A stretch of DNA of 64,000 bases. It comes from the human T2T-CHM13v2.0 reference genome, Homo sapiens. The stretch lies in NCBI RefSeq assembly GCF_009914755.1, contig NC_060942.1. The stretch is one strand, 5' to 3'. Every line of letters starts with the position of its first letter. The first letter of the stretch is position 1. Positions 53,801-64,000 of this stretch are shown here, one piece after another. The notes below the pieces were generated by a model. The model was not told where the DNA came from. It ran no database searches and saw nothing but the letters and a program-made list of their open reading frames with translations. The translations under genes and the position numbers were made by a program.

Positions 53801-55019
53801 GGAATACATATAAAAAGCACACAGCAGCGTTCTGAGAAACTGCTTTCTGATGTTTGCATTCAAGTCAAAAGTTGAACACTCCCTTTCATAGTGCAGTCCT
53901 GAAACACTCCTTTTGTAGTATCTGGAACTGGACTTTTGGAGCGCTTTCAGGGCTAAGGTGAAAAAGGAAATATCTTCCCATAAAAACTGGACAGAAGCAT
54001 TCTCAGAAACTTGTTTATGCTGTATCTACTCAACTAACAAAGTTGAACCTTTCTTTTGATAGAGCAGTTTTGAAATGCTCTTTTTGTGGAATCTGCAAGT
54101 GGATATTTGGCTAGTTTTGAGGATTTCGTTGGAAGCGGGAATTCATACAAATTGCAGACTGCAGCGTTCTGAGAAACATCTTTGTGATGTTTGTATTCAG
54201 GACAGAGAGTTGAACATTCCCTATCATAGAGCAGGTTGGAATCACTCCTTTTGTAGTATCTGGAAGTGGACATTTGGAGCGCTTTCAGGCCTATGTTGAA
54301 AAAGGAAATATCTTCCCATAACAACTAGACACAAGCATTCTCAGAAACTTGTTTGTGATGTGTGCCCTCTACTGACAGAGTTGAACCTTTCTTTTCATAG
54401 AGCAGTTTTGAAACACTCTTTTTGTAGAATCTGCAAGAGGATATTTGCATAGCTTTGAGGATTTCGTGGGAAACGGGATTGTCTTCAGGTAAAATCTAGA
54501 CAGAAGCATTCTCAGAAACTTCTTTGGGATGTTTGCATTCAAGTCACAGAGTAGAACATTCCCTTTGGTAGAGCAGGTTTGAAACACTCTTTTTGTAGTA
54601 TCTGGAAGTGGACATTTGGAGCGCTTTCAGGCCTATGTTGGAAAGGGAAATATCTTCCCGTAACAACTAGGCAGAAGCATTCTCAGAAACTTATTTGAGA
54701 TGTGTGTACTCAACTAAGAGAATTGAACCACCGTTTTGAAGGAGCAGTTTTGAAACACTCTTTTTCTGGAATCTGCAAGAGGATATTTGCCTAGCCTTGA
54801 GGATTTCGTTGGAAACGGGATTGTCTTCAGATCAAATCTAGACAGAAGCATTCTCAGAAACTTCTTTGGGATGTTTGCATTCAAGTCACAGAGTAGAACA
54901 TTCCCTTTGGTAGAGCAGGTTTGAAACACTCTTTTTTTAGTATATGGAAGTGGACATTTGGAGCGCTTTCAGGCCTACGTTGGAAAAGGAAATATCTTCC
55001 CATAACAACTAGACAGAAG
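44846..55019 (+). repeat. Five 12-mer-length HORs (44846, 46881, 48916, 50950, 52985); the 50950 unit carries a hybrid C/D-E/D patch
   Basis: Spacing 2034-2035 bp; patch at about 51912-52030. Confidence 0.9.
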
Positions 55020-57729
55020 CATTCTCAGAAACTAGTTTCTGATGTGTGTCCTCAACTAACACAGTTGAACATTTCTTTAGACAGAACAGTTTTGAAACTC
55101 TCTTTTTGTGGAATCTGCAAGTGGCTATTTGGCTAGATTTGAGGATTTCGTTGGAAACGGGATTACATATAAAAAGCAGACAGCAGCATTCTCAGAAAGT
55201 TCTTTGTGATGATTGCATTCAAGTCACAGAATTGAACATTCCCTTTCACAGAGCAGGTTTGAAACACTCTTTTTGTAGTGTGTGTAAGTGGACATTTGGA
55301 GCACTTTCCGGCCTAAGGTGAAAAAGGAAATATCTTCCCATAAAAACTAGACAGAAGCACTCTCAGAAACTTACTCGTGATGTGTGTCCTCAACTAAAGG
55401 AGTAGAACCTTTGTTTTCATAGAGAAGTTTTGAAACGCTCTTTTTGTGGAATCTGCAAGTGGATATTTGGCTAGTTTGGAGGATTTCGTTGGAAGCGGGA
55501 ATTCATACAAATTGCAGACTGCAGCGTTCTGAGAAACATCTTTGTGATGTTTGTATTCAGGACACAGAGTTGAACATTCCCTATCATAGAGCAGGTTGGA
55601 ATCACTCCTTTTGTAGTATCTGGAAGTGGACATTTGGAGCGCTTTCAGGCCTATGTTGGAAAAGGAAATATCTTCCCATAACAACTAGACAGAAGCATTC
55701 TCAGAAACTTATTTGAGATGTGTGTACTCAACTAAGAGAATTGAACCACCGTTTTGAAGGAGCAGTTTTGAAACACTCTTTTTCTGGAATCTGCAAGTGG
55801 ATATTTGGCTAGCTTTGGGGATTTCGCTGGAAGCGGGAATACATATAAAAAGCACACAGCAGCGTTCTGAGAAACTGCTTTCTGATGTTTGCATTCAAGT
55901 CAAAAGTTGAACACTCCCTTTCATAGAGCAGTCCTGAAACACTCCTTTTGTAGTATCTGGAACTGGACTTTTGGAGCGCTTTCAGGGCTAAGGTGAAAAA
56001 GGAAATATCTTCCCATAAAAACTGGAGAGAATCATTCTCAGAAACTTGTTTATGCTGTATCTACTCAACTAACATAGTTGAACCTTTCTTTTGATAGAGC
56101 AGTTTTGAAATGCTCTTTTTGTGGAATCTGCAAGTGGATATTTGGCTAGTTTGGAGGATTTCGTTGGAAGCGGGAATTCATACAAATTGCAGACTGCAGC
56201 GTTCTGAGAAACATCTTTGTGATGTTTGTATTCAGGACACAGAGTTGAACATTCCCTATCATAGAGCAGGTTTGAATCACTCCTTTTGTAGTATCTGGAA
56301 GTGGACATTTGGAGCGCTTTCAGGCCTATGTTGGAAAAGGAAATATCTTCCCATAACAACTAGACAGAAGCATTCTCAGAAACTTATTTGAGATGTGTGT
56401 ACTCAACTAAGAGAATTGAACCACCGTTTTGAAGGAGCAGTTTTGAAACACTCTTTTCCTGGAATCTGCAAGTGGATATTTGGCTAGCTTTGGGGATTTC
56501 GCTGGAAGCGGGAATACATATAAAAAGCACACAGCAGCGTTCTGAGAAACTGCTTTCTGATGTTTGCATTCAAGTCAAAAGTTGAACACTCCCTTTCATA
56601 GTGCAGTCCTGAAACACTCCTTTTGTAGTATCTGGAACTGGACTTTTGGAGCGCTTTCAGGGCTAAGGTGAGAAAGGAAATATCTTCCCATAAAAACTGG
56701 ACAGAAGCATTCTCAGAAACTTGTTTATGCTGTATCTACTCAACTAACAAAGTTGAACCTTTCTTTTGATAGAGCAGTTTTGAAATGCTCTTTTTGTGGA
56801 ATCTGCAAGTGGATATTTGGCTAGTTTTGAGGATTTCGTTGGAAGCGGGAATTCATACAAATTGCAGACTGCAGCGTTCTGAGAAACATCTTTGTGATGT
56901 TTGTATTCAGGACAGAGAGTTGAACATTCCCTATCATAGAGCAGGTTGGAATCACTCCTTTTGTAGTATCTGGAAGTGGACATTTGGAGCGCTTTCAGGC
57001 CTATGTTGAAAAAGGAAATATCTTCCCATAACAACTAGACACAAGCATTCTCAGAAACTTGTTTGTGATGTGTGCCCTCTAGTGACAGAGTTGAACCTTT
57101 CTTTTCATAGAGCAGTTTTGAAACACTCTTTTTGTAGAATCTGCAAGAGGATATTTGCATAGCTTTGAGGATTTCGTGGGAAACGGGATTGTCTTCAGGT
57201 AAAATCTAGACAGAAGCATTCTCAGAAACTTCTTTGGGATGTTTGCATTCAAGTCACAGAGTAGAACATTCCCTTTGGTAGAGCAGGTTTGAAACACTCT
57301 TTTTGTAGTATCTGGAAGTGGACATTTGGAGCGCTTTCAGGCCTATGTTGGAAAGGGAAATATCTTCCCGTAACAACTAGGCAGAAGCATTCTCAGAAAC
57401 TTATTTGAGATGTGTGTACTCAACTAAGAGAATTGAACCACCGTTTTGAAGGAGCAGTTTTGAAACACTCTTTTTCTGGAATCTGCAAGAGGATATTTGC
57501 CTAGCCTTGAGGATTTCGTTGGAAACGGGATTGTCTTCAGATCAAATCTAGACAGAAGCATTCTCAGAAACTTCTTTGGGATGTTTGCATTCAAGTCACA
57601 GAGTAGAACATTCCCTTTGGTAGAGCAGGTTTGAAACACTCTTTTTTTAGTATATGGAAGTGGACATTTGGAGCGCTTTCAGGCCTACGTTGGAAAAGGA
57701 AATATCTTCCCATAACAACTAGACAGAAG
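55020..57729 (+). repeat. 16-mer HOR variant type 2 (A B C D/B C D E F), 2710 bp
   Basis: The dimer at 56033 starts as D and ends as B (tagtttggagg, gacacagag, tgttggaaaagg), followed by a second C at 56371. Confidence 0.92.
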
Positions 57730-59089
57730 CATTCTCAGAAACTAGTTTCTGATGTGTGTCCTCAACTAACACAGTTGAACATTTCTTTAGACAGAACAGT
57801 TTTGAAACACTCTTTTTGTGGAATCTGCAAGTGGCTATTTGGCTAGATTTGAGGATTTCGTTGGAAACGGGATTACATATAAAAAGCAGACAGCAGCATT
57901 CTCAGAAAGTTCTTTGTGATGATTGCATTCAAGTCACAGAATTGAACATTCCCTTTCACAGAGCAGGTTTGAAACACTCTTTTTGCAGTGTGTGTAAGTG
58001 GACATTTGGAGCACTTTCCGGCCTAAGGTGAAAAAGGAAATATCTTCCCATAAAAACTAGACAGAAGCACTCTCAGAAACTTACTCGTGATGTGTGTCCT
58101 CAACTAAAGGAGTAGAACCTTTCTTTTCATAGAGAAGTTTTGAAACGCTCTTTTTGTGGAATCTGCAAGTGGATATTTGGCTAGTTTTGAGGATTTCGTT
58201 GGAAGCGGGAATTCATACAAATTGCAGACTGCAGCGTTCTGAGAAACATCTTTGTGATGTTTGTATTCAGGACACAGAGTTGAACATTCCCTATCATAGA
58301 GCAGGTTTGAATCACTCCTTTTGTAGTATCTGGAAGTGGACATTTGGAGCGCTTTCAGGCCTATGTTGAAAAAGGAAATATCTTCCCATAACAACTAGAC
58401 ACAAGCATTCTCAGAAACTTGTTTGTGATGTGTGCCCTCTACTGACAGAGTTGAACCTTTCTTTTCATAGAGCAGTTTTGAAACACTCTTTTTGTAGAAT
58501 CTGCAAGAGGATATTTGCATAGCTTTGAGGATTTCGTGGGAAACGGGATTGTCTTCAGGTAAAATCTAGACAGAAGCATTCTCAGAAACTTCTTTGGGAT
58601 GTTTGCATTCAAGTCACAGAGTAGAACATTCCCTTTGGTAGAGCAGGTTTGAAACACTCTTTTTGTAGTATCTGGAAGTGGACATTTGGAGCGCTTTCAG
58701 GCCTATGTTGGAAAGGGAAATATCTTCCCGTAACAACTAGGCAGAAGCATTCTCAGAAACTTATTTGAGATGTGTGTACTCAACTAAGAGAATTGAACCA
58801 CCGTTTTGAAGGAGCAGTTTTGAAACACTCTTTTTCTGGAATCTGCAAGAGGATATTTGCCTAGCCTTGAGGATTTCGTTGGAAACGGGATTGTCTTCAG
58901 ATCAAATCTAGACAGAAGCATTCTCAGAAACTTCTTTGGGATGTTTGCATTCAAGTCACAGAGTAGAACATTCCCTTTGGTAGAGCAGGTTTCAAACACT
59001 CTTTTTTTAGTATATGGAAGTGGACATTTGGAGCGCTTTCAGGCCTACGTTGGAAAAGGAAATATCTTCCCATAACAACTAGACAGAAG
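57730..59089 (+). repeat. 8-mer HOR variant (A B/D E F), 1360 bp
   Basis: The B dimer at 58068 ends with D-type tgttgaaaaagg..gacacaag and runs into E; C is absent. Confidence 0.92.
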
Positions 59090-62000
59090 CATTCTCAGAA
59101 ACTAGTTTCTGATGTGTGTCCTCAACTAACACAGTTGAACATTTCTTTAGACAGAACAGTTTTGAAACACTCTTTTTGTGGAATCTGCAAGTGGCTATTT
59201 GGCTAGATTTGAGGATTTCGTTGGAAACGGGATTACATATAAAAAGCAGACAGCAGCATTCTCAGAAAGTTCTTTGTGATGATTGCATTCAAGTCACAGA
59301 ATTGAACATTCCCTTTCACAGAGCAGGTTTGAAACACTCTTTTTGTAGTGTGTGTAAGTGGACATTTGGAGCACTTTCCGGCCTAAGGTGAAAAAGGAAA
59401 TATCTTCCCATAAAAACTAGACAGAAGCACTCTCAGAAACTTACTCGTGATGTGTGTCCTCAACTAAAGGAGTAGAACCTTTGTTTTCATAGAGAAGTTT
59501 TGAAACGCTCTTTTTGTGGAATCTGCAAGTGGATATTTGGCTAGTTTGGAGGATTTCGTTGGAAGCGGGAATTCATACAAATTGCAGACTGCAGCGTTCT
59601 GAGAAACATCTTTGTGATGTTTGTATTCAGGACACAGAGTTGAACATTCCCTATCATAGAGCAGGTTTGAATCACTCCTTTTGTAGTATCTGGAAGTGGA
59701 CATTTGGAGCGCTTTCAGGCCTATGTTGGAAAAGGAAATATCTTCCCATAACAACTAGACAGAAGCATTCTCAGAAACTTATTTGAGATGTGTGTACTCA
59801 ACTAAGAGAATTGAACCACCGTTTTGAAGGAGCAGTTTTGAAACACTCTTTTTCTGGAATCTGCAAGTGGATATTTGGCTAGCTTTGGGGATTTCGCTGG
59901 AAGCGGGAATACATATAAAAAGCACACAGCAGCGTTCTGAGAAACTGCTTTCTGATGTTTGCATTCAAGTCAAAAGTTGAACACTCCCTTTCATAGTGCA
60001 GTCCTGAAACACTCCTTTTGTAGTATCTGGAACTGGACTTTTGGAGCGCTTTCTGGCCTATGTTGAAAAAGGAAATATCTTCCCATAACAACTAGACACA
60101 AGCATTCTCAGAAACTTGTTTGTGATGTGTGCCCTCTACTGACAGAGTTGAACCTTTCTTTTCATAGAGCAGTTTTGAAATGCTCTTTTTGTGGAATCTG
60201 CAAGTGGATATTTGGCTAGTTTTGAGGATTTCGTTGGAAGCGGGAATTCATACAAATTGCAGACTGCAGCGTTCTGAGAAACATCTTTGTGATGTTTGTA
60301 TTCAGGACAGAGAGTTGAACATTCCCTATCATAGAGCAGGTTGGAATCACTCCTTTTGTAGTATCTGGAAGTGGACATTTGGAGCGCTTTCAGGCCTATG
60401 TTGAAAAAGGAAATATCTTCCCATAACAACTAGACACAAGCATTCTCAGAAACTTGTTTGTGATGTGTGCCCTCTACTGACAGAGTTGAACCTTTCTTTT
60501 CATAGAGCAGTTTTGAAACACTCTTTTTGTAGAATCTGCAAGAGGATATTTGCATAGCTTTGAGGATTTCGTGGGAAACGGGATTGTCTTCAGGTAAAAT
60601 CTAGACAGAAGCATTCTCAGAAACTTCTTTGGGATGTTTGCATTCAAGTCACAGAGTAGAACATTCCCTTTGGTAGAGCAGGTTTGAAACACTCTTTTTG
60701 TAGTATCTGGAAGTGGACATTTGGAGCGCTTTCAGGCCTATGTTGGAAAGGGAAATATCTTCCCGTAACAACTAGGCAGAAGCATTCTCAGAAACTTATT
60801 TGAGATGTGTGTACTCAACTAAGAGAATTGAACCACCGTTTTGAAGGAGCAGTTTTGAAACACTCTTTTTCTGGAATCTGCAAGAGGATATTTGCCTAGC
60901 CTTGAGGATTTCGTTGGAAACGGGATTGTCTTCAGATCAAATCTAGACAGAAGCATTCTCAGAAACTTCTTTGGGATGTTTGCATTCAAGTCACAGAGTA
61001 GAACATTCCCTTTGGTAGAGCAGGTTTCAAACACTCTTTTTTTAGTATATGGAAGTGGACATTTGGAGCGCTTTCAGGCCTACGTTGGAAAAGGAAATAT
61101 CTTCCCATAACAACTAGACAGAAGCATTCTCAGAAACTAGTTTCTGATGTGTGTCCTCAACTAACACAGTTGAACATTTCTTTAGACAGAACAGTTTTGA
61201 AACTCTCTTTTTGTGGAATCTGCAAGTGGCTATTTGGCTAGATTTGAGGATTTCGTTGGAAACGGGATTACATATAAAAAGCAGACAGCAGCATTCTCAG
61301 AAAGTTCTTTGTGATGATTGCATTCAAGTCACAGAATTGAACATTCCCTTTCACAGAGCAGGTTTGAAACACTCTTTTTGTAGTGTGTGTAAGTGGACAT
61401 TTGGAGCACTTTCCGGCCTAAGGTGAAAAAGGAAATATCTTCCCATAAAAACTAGACAGAAGCACTCTCAGAAACTTACTCGTGATGTGTGTCCTCAACT
61501 AAAGGAGTAGAACCTTTCTTTTCATAGAGAAGTTTTGAAACGCTCTTTTTGTGGAATCTGCAAGTGGATATTTGGCTAGTTTGGAGGATTTCGTTGGAAG
61601 CGGGAATTCATACAAATTGCAGACTGCAGCGTTCTGAGAAACATCTTTGTGATGTTTGTATTCAGGACACAGAGTTGAACATTCCCTATCATAGAGCAGG
61701 TTTGAATCACTCCTTTTGTAGTATCTGGAAGTGGACATTTGGAGCGCTTTCAGGCCTATGTTGGAAAAGGAAATATCTTCCCATAACAACTAGACAGAAG
61801 CATTCTCAGAAACTTATTTGAGATGTGTGTACTCAACTAAGAGAATTGAACCACCGTTTTGAAGGAGCAGTTTTGAAACACTCTTTTTCTGGAATCTGCA
61901 AGTGGATATCTGGCTAGCTTTGGGGATTTCGCTGGAAGCGGGAATACATATAAAAAGCACACAGCAGCGTTCTGAGAAACTGCTTTCTGATGTTTGCATT

Positions 62001-64000
62001 CAAGTCAAAAGTTGAACACTCCCTTTCATAGTGCAGTCCTGAAACACTCCTTTTGTAGTATCTGGAACTGGACTTTTGGAGCGCTTTCAGGGCTAAGGTG
62101 AAAAAGGAAATATCTTCCCATAAAAACTGGACAGAAGCATTCTCAGAAACTTGTTTATGCTGTATCTACTCAACTAACAAAGTTGAACCTTTCTTTTGAT
62201 AGAGCAGTTTTGAAATGCTCTTTTTGTGGAATCTGCAAGTGGATATTTGGCTAGTTTTGAGGATTTCGTTGGAAGCGGGAATTCATACAAATTGCAGACT
62301 GCAGCGTTCTGAGAAACATCTTTGTGATGTTTGTATTCAGGACAGAGAGTTGAACATTCCCTATCATAGAGCAGGTTGGAATCACTCCTTTTGTAGTATC
62401 TGGAAGTGGACATTTGGAGCGCTTTCAGGCCTATGTTGAAAAAGGAAATATCTTCCCATAACAACTAGACACAAGCATTCTCAGAAACTTGTTTGTGATG
62501 TGTGCCCTCTACTGACAGAGTTGAACCTTTCTTTTCATAGAGCAGTTTTGAAACACTCTTTTTGTAGAATCTGCAAGAGGATATTTGCATAGCTTTGAGG
62601 ATTTCGTGGGAAACGGGATTGTCTTCAGGTAAAATCTAGACAGAAGCATTCTCAGAAACTTCTTTGGGATGTTTGCATTCAAGTCACAGAGTAGAACATT
62701 CCCTTTGGTAGAGCAGGTTTGAAACACTCTTTTTGTAGTATCTGGAAGTGGACATTTGGAGCGCTTTCAGGCCTATGTTGGAAAGGGAAATATCTTCCCG
62801 TAACAACTAGGCAGAAGCATTCTCAGAAACTTATTTGAGATGTGTGTACTCAACTAAGAGAATTGAACCACCGTTTTGAAGGAGCAGTTTTGAAACACTC
62901 TTTTTCTGGAATCTGCAAGAGGATATTTGCCTAGCCTTGAGGATTTCGTTGGAAACGGGATTGTCTTCAGATAAAATCTAGACAGAAGCATTCTCAGAAA
63001 CTTCTTTGGGATGTTTGCATTCAAGTCACAGAGTAGAACATTCCCTTTGGTAGAGCAGGTTTGAAACACTCTTTTTTTAGTATATGGAAGTGGACATTTG
63101 GAGCGCTTTCAGGCCTACGTTGGAAAAGGAAATATCTTCCCATAACAACTAGACAGAAGCATTCTCAGAAACTAGTTTCTGATGTGTGTCCTCAACTAAC
63201 ACAGTTGAACATTTCTTTAGACAGAACAGTTTTGAAACTCTCTTTTTGTGGAATCTGCAAGTGGCTATTTGGCTAGATTTGAGGATTTCGTTGGAAACGG
63301 GATTACATATAAAAAGCAGACAGCAGCATTCTCAGAAAGTTCTTTGTGATGATTGCATTCAAGTCACAGAATTGAACATTCCCTTTCACAGAGCAGGTTT
63401 GAAACACTCTTTTTATAGTGTGTGTAAGTGGACATTTGGAGCACTTTCCGGCCTAAGGTGAAAAAGGAAATATCTTCCCATAAAAACTAGACAGAAGCAT
63501 TCTCAGAAACTTACTCGTGATGTGTGTCCTCAACTAAAGGAGTAGAACCTTTGTTTTCATAGAGAAGTTTTGAAACGCTCTTTTTGTGGAATCTGCAAGT
63601 GGATATTTGGCTAGTTTGGAGGATTTCGTTGGAAGCGGGAATTCATACAAATTGCAGACTGCAGCGTTCTGAGAAACATCTTTGTGATGTTTGTATTCAG
63701 GACACAGAGTTGAACATTCCCTATCATAGAGCAGGTTTGAATCACTCCTTTTGTAGTATCTGGAAGTGGACATTTGGAGCGCTTTCAGGCCTATGTTGGA
63801 AAAGGAAATATCTTCCCATAACAACTAGACAGAAGCATTCTCAGAAACTTATTTGAGATGTGTGTACTCAACTAAGAGAATTGAACCACCGTTTTGAAGG
63901 AGCAGTTTTGAAACACTCTTTTTCTGGAATCTGCAAGTGGATATTTGGCTAGCTTTGGGGATTTCGCTGGAAGCGGGAATACATATAAAAAGCACACAGC
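59090..64000 (+). repeat. Two 12-mer-length HORs (59090 with hybrid patch, 61125) and a partial unit from 63160
   Basis: Spacing 2035 bp; the window ends inside dimer C. Confidence 0.9.

Larger units (their letters stand above)
1..64000 (+). repeat. Centromeric alpha-satellite higher-order repeat array (12-mer HOR, ~2035 bp, dimeric CENP-B/pJalpha organisation); most likely human chr18 D18Z1
   Basis: Alphoid hallmarks recur every ~170 bp (cattctcagaaact, ttttgaaacactctttttgt, gatttcgttggaaacggga). Dimer A starts recur at 101, 2135, 8915, 10950 and onward with 2034-2035 bp spacing. EcoRI sites at 580, 1254 and 2613 give ~0.68/1.36 kb fragments, as I recall for D18Z1. Alpha-satellite call is near certain; chromosome assignment about 0.75. 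Confidence 0.98.

Noticed and set aside
2-63856. Hundreds of 61-122 aa ORFs on both strands
   Set aside because: They recur with the HOR period, overlap in conflicting frames, are made or broken by 1-bp indels and hybrid junctions, and resemble no protein family I recognise. They are translation artefacts of satellite DNA.
1-64000. CRISPR-like or other prokaryotic repeat-spacer system
   Set aside because: There are no unique spacers and no cas or other genes; the entire ~170-bp unit is repeated.
1-64000. Transposon insertion (L1/Alu), inversion or non-alphoid island
   Set aside because: All unit spacings are accounted for by whole dimers plus or minus 1 bp, and orientation never changes.

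Overview
The whole 64 kb window is one uninterrupted, head-to-tail, single-orientation array of primate (almost certainly human) centromeric alpha satellite. Monomers are about 167-171 bp. They alternate between CENP-B-box and pJalpha-box types and form six dimers, here named A-F (338/338/337/338/342/342 bp), which make a 12-monomer higher-order repeat (HOR) of 2034-2035 bp. The dimeric organisation, 12-mer length and two EcoRI sites per HOR (about 0.68 and 1.36 kb fragments) best fit the chromosome 18 active array D18Z1 (suprachromosomal family 2); this is from recall, not a database search. I count 29 complete units: 19 of 12-mer length, seven 16-mers of two types, one 14-mer, one 10-mer and one 8-mer. 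I see no credible genes, RNA genes, transposons, inversions or CRISPR, and the ORF track only reflects repeat periodicity. I found no new gene system. The interesting signal is the recombination history: length-neutral, out-of-register replacement tracts (10+14-mer, 16+8-mer, and a short patch), a near-perfect 8814-bp super-repeat, older 4745/6779/8140-bp periodicities, a collapsed 16-mer and a haplotype shift near 46 kb. All variant calls were read by eye and need confirmation by alignment.
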